Source: Octopus sinensis (Eukaryota). From it: a stretch of 64,000 bases of DNA. Shown here piece after piece: positions 13,774 to 23,849 of this stretch (positions are counted from its first letter, which is position 1; each line of letters opens with the position of its first letter). A program made the translations under genes and the position numbers. The notes below the pieces were generated by a model. It did no database searches. It was not told where the DNA came from and was given only the letters and a program-made list of their open reading frames with translations. The stretch covers positions 54,684,001-54,748,000 of the forward strand of contig NC_043002.1 in NCBI RefSeq assembly GCF_006345805.1, written 5' to 3'.

Positions 13774-13851
13774 CTGTATGTTTAAACATTTTAATAAACC
13801 GATATATTTGGTCTGGGTTACCATGACAATGGGTCAAACAAGAAAAACCAA
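13774..13851 (-). other. Candidate non-coding exon, 78 nt
   Basis: ttttcaatctcag acceptor; CAG|gtaagt donor. Confidence 0.5.
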
Positions 13852-14284
13852 CTGAGATTGAAAATTACAATACCTTTACTATGATATTCCAAAGACTGAC
13901 CATTTGTGATATTTGTTGCTGTTGTTGTAGTTGTTGTTCCAATTATTTAAAAAGAGTTTTTAAAAATGGTACTCACCCCCAACCATTTTCAAAGACTTTG
14001 GACTCTGTAGCAAAACATGATTATCATAAAGTTAGAAAGCATCCCATTAACTGGTCATCTTAAATACTTTCAGAATTAAAAGAGATTAAATCAGAATCTT
14101 ATATCTAAAATACCATTTGGAAAATTTTTTTTTTTTTTTTTTTTTTTTTAACAATTAATATTTACTGAAATTATAAATTTTTAAAATTCTGAAACAACTT
14201 GTCTAAATAATTATTTTAAAAATTATTTTCCAAGAGTAAAAGAAAATGGTTTGAGAGGAAGAGAAGGACAAAGAAAGTAGAGGG

Positions 14285-14356
14285 AGTCACCAACAGTCCA
14301 ACAGTGTGGAAAGTTGGGGGCAGGTTAAACCAGCCCAACAACATTTTGTTGTGACC
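14285..14356 (-). ncRNA. Four-way-junction RNA motif, copy A (function unknown)
   Basis: Minus strand ggtc|acaaca-aaa-tgttgt|t|gggc-tggtttaacct-gccc|ccaac-...-gttgg|t|gact; same architecture as the copies at 20221 and 20494. Confidence 0.7.
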
Positions 14357-14368
14357 TAACCTACTTGC

Positions 14369-14509
14369 CTGCTAAATATGATAGACTGTCCATCATTGAA
14401 GCACCAGGCCACTCTCTCCCAAAACCTAATCTGGAAGATAGGAACTACGGATAAGTAGCTGGAAACTCCAGATGTCAGCTTCTTGATTTCTTTTCAACCA
14501 ATTCACTCA
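14369..14509 (-). other. Candidate non-coding exon ending in a GC donor, 141 nt
   Basis: gctaa branch-like site, long pyrimidine tract and tttaaag acceptor; CAG|gcaagt donor. Confidence 0.55.
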
Positions 14510-17500
14510 CTTTAAACAAAGGGGAGTGGAAAATACAAAAGAAAAGAAAAAAAGAAAAAAAGCTTAGCATTTAGCTTTGCATTAGATAAATTTAAAACCT
14601 TAATTTTCACACTAGATGAAAAACAAAAATAATGAAAATTTGTAGTTAACTAAAAAGACATTGACAAGAACAAATGTAACACTAAAATTATGCAATCTGT
14701 ATCCAAATCCTCTAAATAACCTTCAAGACAATTCTCTTTTATAACTGTTGTTCAAAATAGGATTTCTAGCACAACATTTGAAATCACATTGAAATTCCTC
14801 TCAAACTATGAAGCTGTTTGTTGCATGCAAATAAAAATTGAAAATATATTTTATGCAAGCCTTTACTTATCCACTTTAATGTATCGCATTAACTAAATCA
14901 TCTACAATATGTCCAGCCATTACATCGGTAGCGATTCGACAGGTTCCAAAGTTTCATTGAGAGAAACTGATTTGGACTTAAAACAAAAGAAAATAACCTT
15001 TTCGACAACACCTCAAGTTTTGTGGGAGAGGTTAAATTGATTATGTCAACCCCAATGCTTAAACTGGTACTTATTTTATTGACCCCAATGGAACGAAACA
15101 CAAAGTCAACCTTGGTGAAATTTGAACTCAAAATCTGAAGACAGATGAAAAGTGTGTTAACAATTCAACCAAATCACCACCTTAAAAGATAACAACATCA
15201 AAGAAACAAGAAGAGCAACTATTAACCATTTTGGAAAAACTTCAGATAAAAGCAGAAAATCAACATCTGGAATTTTAGTTTTTGAAATGATTTCTAAGAC
15301 TGACAGAAGTCCAAAGAGAGGCAAGATATGAACCTTTTCAATCAAGGGAACAAAGATATTTTGCCTAATCAGCTCAGATATCACTGTTCATATGGAATTA
15401 TTATTATTATTATTATCAGGTCACTGCCTAGAATCGAACTCAGAATCTTGGGGTTAGTAGCCTATGCTCTTAACCACTACACCATGTACCCATGGGCAAT
15501 TATGAAGTGAATTTTAGGACTTATAAATCTAATATTTTCCTATCCTTCCTTAATACTGGTTCCCATATGCTATTCCTATCTACACTCTGTCTGCTTAGGA
15601 GGTTGTGTCCTAGCATATGTGCTGTTTCTTTTTAGTTTTTGTATTTTCCAGTGGTGTTCTCTGTCTATAATAATAATAATAATAATAATAATTCATATGG
15701 AATAGTTTAGGAAAAATAAATGTTAAAAAAAAATCCAAGAAAATTTGAAATCCCTTTTCTTGAGCAGCTTGATATAAATTTAGTTGAAACCTTACTGTTT
15801 GATGTCAAGAAATAGGGTCAGGTCATTCAATTATCTTCTGGTTTAAAAACAAAACAAACAGGATATGAAGAGAGAAGAGTTAGGCTGATCTTTGGAGATG
15901 CAGCTGTATGCAACTGGTTGATATAAAGATAGCATTTTGAATGGTTTGCAGAAGGAAAAGTAAAACAATGGAAACAAGACAGAAAATCTATTACGGGAAT
16001 CAATTGAAATCCAAACAAAAAAACTGGACAAGTGATGTAGTAATTTAATTTTGTATGTGTATACTAAAGTTGGAAAAATTAATGTAATTATGATATTCTG
16101 TTGGTCTAAAATGTACAGGTTCCCGTGCCAGTTGCATGTAAAAAGCAGTATCCAAACATGGCTGATGCCACTGCCCCCCTGATTTGCTCCCATGCTGGTG
16201 GCATGTAAAAAGCACTATGCAAACGTAATCGATGCCAGGCCCGCCTGACTGGCTCCTGTGCCGGCAACATGTAAAATGCACCCACTACACTTCTGGAGTG
16301 GTTGGCATTAGGAAGGCATCCAGCTACAGAAACACTGCCAGATTTAGATTGGAACCTGGTGCAGCCTCCTGGCTTGCCAGTCCTCAGTCAAACTGTCTAA
16401 CCCATGTCAGCATGGAAAACGGACATTAAACGATGATGAAGAATACTATGCAACTTTATAGCATACACACACACTTGTGCAGATGTGAAATAATTTGACA
16501 CTAAAATTATTTTTTCCTGATGTCGACTGCAAAATGGCTGTCATCCGCTGGATATTCAAATGTGAAATAAATATATTCATTTCATATCTCCAGACTTTCT
16601 TTACGTTCTGTATTAATCTCCACTGATCAGATTTATTGGATTTCAACTGGATAGGGGGCTCCACATTACACTCCTACATATTGGCTTGCTATGTGGCATG
16701 TAAGCCAGTCCATTAAAGGAGCTTTTATTTTTGAGATTACCACTGGATTAGAGAATTCCATATATTGTGCATTAAATACACACACAATGAGCTTCTTTCA
16801 GTTATCCACTCGGTTATAGTTGGCTAGAGGAAGACACCTGCCCAAGGTGCCAAACAGTGGGACTGAACCTGAGACCATTTGGTTGGAAAGCAAATTTCTT
16901 ATCAGACAGTCACACCTGTAGATATGACACGCAGAAGTATGCATTTCTTTTGTAATAAGCCAAAAGAGGTGGTGGGGGTTAGTGAGGTTGTTTTTTAGCT
17001 TGAAGGAAGGATTGGGCAGTAGAATGTTGAGTAAAAGAGGTGAGAGAAGGTATATATAGGTTGGACATGGGTGGTGGTGGTGGTGATCTATTTTAGAAGC
17101 TGTTGTAGTTAACATGCAATGAATCAGCAACTTGTTGGTGAGTCAACATTTTGCAATCGAATGAATGGCCTTCAGGGATATTGATTGCTGAGTTATGTAA
17201 TCACTCTTCTAGATGTAAGATTAATTAGGGTGGCTCTACTTGATGTTTGTAGAGAATTAGCAAGAGTCACAATTCAGCTATTATCTGACCCTAAAAAGGA
17301 AACTTATGAAGCTTTGGTAATAGTGTCAATAAGAGGTCATCGAGAGAGAGAGAGAAAGGGGGGGATTGGTCTGAAACGGTCTATTAACCCTTTAAGCATT
17401 CAGATTATTGTCAAATCTAATTCTTATTTATTCACATTGTTTTGAATTCATCATGGATTATCTCATAGCTTTTGAGATTTCAATGATATGATTGTTTATT

Positions 17501-18030
17501 TTTACAATGACATTATAGGGTAGGTATGAGAAGCTTGATCTGGTCAGTTTAAACATAAAACAGGGAGAATATTGGGGCCGGATGTGGGTTAAGAGACTTC
17601 GAGGGTTTCTGTGTCATTCAGGTGTACACAGGGAATGGCACAAGATAAAATTATGTCAATTTTTAAAGAAAATACTAGTATAGGTAAGACGACTAGATTG
17701 AGGTTGTGTTCTTGTGGCTAACCCTTGTTTTTCAAGTAAAGGATCTTTTCACAGGTGTTTGGAGGTGTGAAGGGAGCTGATGAATTATTGATAGAAATGA
17801 AAACACCACTACTTAGCAAAGAACTCTTTTATGGTGCAAATATAAGCCAGCTTCTCTCAGTTTTCATCGACCAAAATCCAGTGACAAGGCCAAAGGCTAT
17901 GGAAGATACTTGTCTGAAGTGCCACAGAGTGGGAGTGAACCTGAAACCACATGGTTGGGAAGCAAGACCTTTGAAGGCAGCTTACAAATCCTCTGCAGAG
18001 AATTAGTGCCAGTCTGGCAGGAGATGGCTG

Positions 18031-18031
<1 letters not shown>

Positions 18032-18091
<60 letters not shown>
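18032..18091. repeat. (GT)n microsatellite
   Basis: About 30 perfect GT units. Confidence 0.97.
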
Positions 18092-18093
<2 letters not shown>

Positions 18094-20220
18094 GTGTGTG
18101 GAGCTTTGTGAAGGAGTGAAAGGAGTTGGTTGAATACAAGGGTACATTTGAGTTGGTGGAGGAGGGTGAGGAGAAAGAGAGACCATGTCAGTGCTACAAC
18201 TGACACAACATATCTGATTGGGTGGGGAGGGGAAAGAATAAAAATGGGGATGGATATCAAAAAAAACAAGGATTTACACTTGAAGTGAGATTTAGCCTTC
18301 AGTGATTGGACTAATAATCCTTTCTACTAAGGGCACAAGGCATGAAATTTTGGGGGATGGCATGTGGCTTAGTGGTTAGGGCATTCAACTCACAATTGTA
18401 TGATCAAGAGTTCAATTCCCATCGAAGTGTTGTGTCTTTGAGCAAGATATTTTATTTCACGTTACCTCAGTCCACTCAGCTGGCAAAAAGGAGTCATACC
18501 TGTATTTCAAAAGGGGTCAGCCGTGTCACACATTGTGTCATGCTGAATCTCCCTCTGAACTACATTAAGGGTACATGTGTATGGAGTGCTCAGCCACATG
18601 CATGTTCCTTCAATTTGTAAAAAGCACCTACTACACTCTCGGAGTGGTTGGTGTAAGGAAGGGCATCCAGCTGTAGAAACCTTGCCAGATCAGATTGGAG
18701 CCTAGGGTGGCCTCCTGGCTTGTCAGTCCCCAGTCAAACCATCCAACCCATGCCAGCATGGAAAACAGATGTTAAACGATGATGATGAGGTTAGTTAATT
18801 ACACTGACCCAACTGGTTCTTATTTTACTAACCCTGAAGGCGTGAAAGGCAAAGTCGGCCTCGGTGAAATTTGAACTCAGAACATAAAAGCAGACAAAAT
18901 GCCACAAAGCATTTCGCCTGGTGTGCTAATGATTCTGCTAGCTTGCCACCCTAGTGATTCAACTGTAGGCTGTCACTGACATCTAAAGACTAGATGCAAA
19001 GTTGCAGCCTTTGCTCCATTGGGGATGTCTGCGTGTCCAGCTATGAAGGAAAAGAAAATCGAGTTCTTATTTGAGACTCAGTGCACACTCAAGTATTTTA
19101 CAAATAATAGACATCAATCAACCTGACTGAGCAATACTCAAACATCAAGGTCAAACTTTGACCAATCTGCTTCTAGTTCTACCTAATTCCTTCTTTTAGA
19201 ACCTTCCCAATGGGCCAATATGGATTATTGTGATTTCAGCTGAAAATATTTTCCTTCAGCCAATTTTTAAATCTGAAGACTGAACATTCAAGTTTTCTAT
19301 TTAGTTGCAAAAACAAGCAGTTTGTGTTGAGTCACCAGGCCTGGGTTGGGCCCAAGATCAAGTCACTGTCAGCAGTCAAGCTCCCTGCCCCTCCTAGCTC
19401 TCAGTCCTTACTGAAATGATGGAATTCAGGGACAATATTGTTAGACTGAATATTTCATTGGGTTCCAGTGTTGAGTAAAATAATCTTGTGGTTAAGCTTG
19501 GCCATCACTGTATCCAAAGAACTATTAAAATTCAACTCAACTGCTTAACGATTCAGAAACCAGTCATAGATGTAGAAACGCGAAAAAGAACACGCGCGCA
19601 CACACACACTATTAACACCAATGAAGATTACACAAGTTTCAAACTACATTGATCTGAGTAAATGCAAGAGTAACTTCACCATATCACTAACAGAAATGGC
19701 TTTGTCATGACAAAAACAAACAAATAACTATTTCAATGTTTTTTTCCTTCTTAACAGGACAGAAAAATCTTGAAGTTTTTAAATATAAACATCAAAACAT
19801 CAGTTATTTGTTGTTGCAATGTAAAGCTATTTATCAATGAAATCTTAAAATTCAGGTTTAAATGAATGGAGACTCACACTAGGCTTAGACTAAATCTCAT
19901 TCCACACACACACACTTGCGAATACTCGATTCACTCACTAATCTTATATATACATACATGGAGGTATGTAAAAGCCTTATAAGAACTCAAATGGTGAAGA
20001 AAGCAAACTAGTTTTAAAAATAGAAAGTGAAAATCAGATTCAAAACCAAAATCAAATTAAATCTGTTACTGACGAGAAAAAAAGAAAAGGAATCCATTAA
20101 TATTGTTCAAGGAATAGAAAGGAATGTAACAGATGAATGAGGTTTACGTAAATGCGAAATGTTGCAAAAGATGAAAGGAAAATGAACAAGTCAAAACACA
20201 AAAAACAAACAAACAAACGA

Positions 20221-20292
20221 AGTCACCAACTGACCTCGAGAAAGGCAGTTAGGGGCAGATAAAACCCAACAACAAGTCTACTTGCTGTGACC
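20221..20292 (-). ncRNA. Four-way-junction RNA motif, copy B
   Basis: Minus strand ggtc|acagcaag-taga-cttgttgt|t|gggt-tttatct-gccc|ctaactg-cctttctcgaggt-cagttgg|t|gact. Confidence 0.7.
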
Positions 20293-20493
20293 GAGTAACA
20301 AAAAAAGGAAAAAGAAAAAAAAGGAAAAAAGGTTTCCTAGGTAATTAAAGTGCAACTTAAGATATAACAGGCCATCTTTTATATAGTGATTAAAATAATT
20401 TACCAATAAGCATGCAGAATTTACAGGAACAGGAGAAAAAAATATGTGTATATATATATATATTTATAGAACTCAAGTTTAGAAAGAAAAATG

Positions 20494-20581
20494 CACATCG
20501 CCAACATGTTGTTGGGGGCCATTGTAGCTAGCCCAACAGTAAGCCGCAGAACCATACACAGAGCAGTCTTACTGTGACGTG
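20494..20581 (-). ncRNA. Four-way-junction RNA motif, copy C
   Basis: Minus strand cacgtc|acagtaag-...-cttactgt|t|gggcta-gctacaa-tggccc|ccaac-aacat-gttgg|c|gatgtg. Confidence 0.7.
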
Positions 20582-20594
20582 GTGACTGACTTGC

Positions 20595-20678
20595 CTGTAG
20601 AATTTCTTTGGAGTCCAAAGCCAGGTCACAAGCAAGCTCTCTCTCTCTCTCTCCCACCCAATGTACCCAAACTCAAAA
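20595..20678 (-). other. Candidate non-coding exon ending in a GC donor, 84 nt
   Basis: ttttctgcctgttcatggtttcag acceptor; CAG|gcaagt donor. Confidence 0.5.
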
Positions 20679-21297
20679 CTGAAACCATGAACAGGCAGAA
20701 AATATTTTTTTTTTTATTTCAGCCTTTTATAAAGAGAAGAAGAAGAAAAAAAAAATCAAGTTTCAGATAAATTTGAAAATGTTAAATCTGCAAATCAAGC
20801 ATATATAACATTAGGAAAGACTTCAAAAGACTGGAATATTACATATAAATGTGTTAGTTTTAGAATTTTTCTTCATTTTGAAAGAGAATGACTGAATACA
20901 TTTTCAACCTAATGGGTAGTAGCATGTGGGTATATCATATGATTGATCAGGCTATCGGACATTCCCATACACCACTAGTCACAATGTGTTTCAAAAAATG
21001 CCACTGTTGACTAGCAGAGGTCAACATTCCCCCACAATTGGGTGGGGGGGTTTCATCCATTCCAGGGCGACTCATTTCTACAGCTGAGTGGACAGAGCAA
21101 TGTGAAATGAAGGGTTTTGTGCAGGAGCACAACCGGCTACCTGGACAACAGATTGAACCCACAATCACCAGATCGTGAATGCAATGTCTCTAATGACAAG
21201 GCCATATGACTTCACATGTGTAAATATAAATGCATTAATTTAATAACTACAATTAATTTAATAGTTAATGAGTTCCTGTATCTCAATCTGTGCCACC

Positions 21298-21365
21298 CCA
21301 CACATAGCTCATTAGAGCATCAGACTTAATATGACAGTTACAGGTTCAAGTCCTCAGTAGGAGCA
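21298..21365 (+). pseudogene. Degenerate tRNA-Lys(UUU)-like sequence
   Basis: ATAGCTCA-TTAGAGCATCAGACTT-AAT...GGTTCAAGTCC matches eukaryotic tRNA-Lys, with deletions in the D and anticodon loops and a poor acceptor stem. Confidence 0.65.
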
Positions 21366-22368
21366 GTTTGATGTCAGTGCCCTAGCTTGACCACCCCCAC
21401 TTTGCTCAAGACTAATAAGAGAGCAAACTTGTGTAAATGAGAGATATTCTATAATTACTTTTGCTTTTTATGTTCAGTTATAATAAAAACAATTTTATCA
21501 TTCTTATACAAGAATATCATTGACAGTGACTTCCATCTTTCAGCCAATTAGTGTATGTATATACACACACACACTAACTTGAAACAGCTGTTGATCTTAA
21601 GGTGTAAGTTCATCACTTCCTCCCATCATCTGTACAACCCCTGATGTTCCTTGAACAATCCTTTCCACCAACCACTTATCTTTGTCAAGTTACATGCCTG
21701 CTGTCATATAAATACTGCTGTTTTGACAGCTTCTGTTTTTTGGATTCTGCTAACTGCAGACTTTTAAATTGCTTCATCTTTGTGCCACATTTTTAGATTA
21801 TTCTACACTAATTTCTTTATCAAATCTTTCTTCCCCACCACCTTCATTTCTGCCCATGACTTCTCTTTCATCAGTTACTCTTGAGAAATCCAAAACCAAC
21901 ACTAATTCTATGAATATTAGTTCTCTCTCCGAACTGAAAGTCTTGGAAGTCATAAAAAATATTTGAAAGCTACCAGCCTTTCTATTCAGACAAATTAACA
22001 GTTGCGAGATATATGCATTTATACATAAAATTAACAAGTTTTCTTTCAAAATTACAAAATGGTAGAAAAAGGTGATACATCTAGAAAATTCTAGAAAGGA
22101 TTCCTTCTACCATTCTTTATTTGGAAATGAGATAAAACAAGAAATTGTTTAAAAAAAAAAAATATTTAAAAACAAACAAACATGGAAATTGAAAGGTAGA
22201 AATCATAACAGTACACATATTGAAAACTTGTTCCTTAGAGTGATTTATTAGAAATGAAAAATACCCCAAGTATACACAATGAGCTATACATTAAATAGGT
22301 AGGGGGGGCTCAGGGGACAGCAGGGCAGGGGGAGGGGTTGAGAATATGTTCATAAATCACACACTTAC

Positions 22369-22391
22369 CAGATTCCAGCAGTGTTCAATGT
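22369..22391 (-). other. Candidate downstream microexon of ZNF207, 23 nt
   Basis: tttatttcatcag acceptor and CTG|gtaagt donor. Confidence 0.5.
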
Positions 22392-23108
22392 CTGATGAAA
22401 TAAACATTCCTCCCACTCCCATCCCCACCCTATTTAGGATCACGTTTCAACCTTACCCCCCATCGCCCACCCTACCCCCAACCAAATGAACTAATGGTGT
22501 CAGGAATAAAAATGTTCAGGGTTTAATGTTATAGACGTCTATTTCTTCGAACACCATTTACACAACATTCATTTTATCCAATAAATAGAATGGATTTTGT
22601 ATGCCATATCTTTGACAGTTGTGTTGCCATGGGTAGCAAATGCAGGTCTGAATTGCTTGAGATTATTATAATTATTATTATTATTATTATTATTATTACA
22701 CACATTTGACACAAGAGTTTTATTTCAGAGTTTCTTGAACATAATCAGAAGGTTAGCCACAAGTTCCTGAGGTCAGAAAACATTTTGTGAATGGAAAAAA
22801 AAAATTGCTAATCAAGTTTTCTAATCAATAAAATTAAACAGTTTGAAATCTTTGAATTGTATTACTTCTCCAGTAAAATAAGGAATTATTAACGTGATTC
22901 CGCTAATCCAAAGAAAACAACATTCTCCTCACTGCTAGGAGAAATCAGAAAGATGGAATAAGGTAGAACTTTGCAGATGAGTAACTCAATAATTTAAGAG
23001 CGGAGAGCAGCTATGGTTGTACTAGTGATGGAGATAGGAAAAAAAAGTGGCTGTAGACAAAGAAAAGGACATGAGGGAAGTCTGAAGAGACTAAACAATG
23101 ACGCTTAC

Positions 23109-23167
23109 CTTGAATTCAAGTGTTGGATGGTAAGTAGCTGGGCTAAAGTCTTCTTCTATCCCCTCAC
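23109..23167 (-). other. Candidate downstream exon of ZNF207 (3'UTR or alternative coding), 59 nt
   Basis: tttatgcag acceptor and AAG|gtaagc donor. Confidence 0.5.
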
Positions 23168-23709
23168 CTGCATAAACTGTACATAACAATACCCATCAGG
23201 TTAATTAGGCTTATGATCTACTGAAAACTCCTAATAGGCAGGTTTCTTAAAAAATAGACATTTTTGTAAGGAAAAGAGATAAAGTTTGTTTAATGGAGAG
23301 GTATTTAACAAAAAAAAAAAAAAAGGAAAAATATACATTTGCTTGCTTTGTTTTGTTTTTTTCTCTCAAGGAGTGAACAGTCAGAAAATGATTGTGAAAT
23401 AAGAACGAGGGCAAGGGAGCAGGAGGAATAACAGATTGGCAGCTGAAGACTGGAGCTAACCAGCAAGAACAGCAGTAGCAGCAGCAAGCTCAAGCTAAAG
23501 AATAATAATAATAATAGTATTGACGAGCTTACCAATTACTGCTGTAATTACCAATCAGACTGTCACTGCTAGAGAATTTAGTGATTCCCATTATGACACT
23601 CACCAATGAGGTGGACACTCTAAGTTGGTGGCAATAAAAAGGGAGAAGTAGAAGAGAAGAAGAAGAAAAAAAGAAGAAGAAAAGAAAATAAACAGCTCTA
23701 ACATAACAT

Positions 23710-23849
23710 TTAGAACCTCCCTGCTTGTTGCGGTGATTGTGTTGTCGTTGCTGGTTGATTCATTATGACACCACGTGGATATGGGTTGTAAGGAGCACGG
23801 ATGCCCATCGCTGGTGGCACAGTGGCTGGCATTCGAGTGAGAATTGGGC
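23710..23849 (-). CDS. ZNF207: ZNF207 last coding exon
   Basis: [27 protein letters not shown]...QQAGRF then TAA; resembles the GGRY/F C-terminus of the family. Confidence 0.88.

Noticed and set aside
13817-13831. RFX X-box-like GTTACCATGACAAT (and GTTGCCATGGGTAG near 22623)
   Set aside because: Imperfect matches far from any evident promoter
19329-19385. Possible fourth junction motif (minus ...ttgggcccaacccaggcctggtgact)
   Set aside because: Shares TGGG, CCAAC and GGTGACT words but lacks the 5' GTC-ACA strand, so the four-helix fold cannot be closed by eye; worth rescoring with a covariance model
14285-20581. Reading the junction motifs as tRNA/mascRNA-like cloverleafs with a MALAT1-type triple helix
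   Set aside because: No T-loop or D-loop consensus, closing stem too short, and no upstream U-rich/A-rich triplex pair
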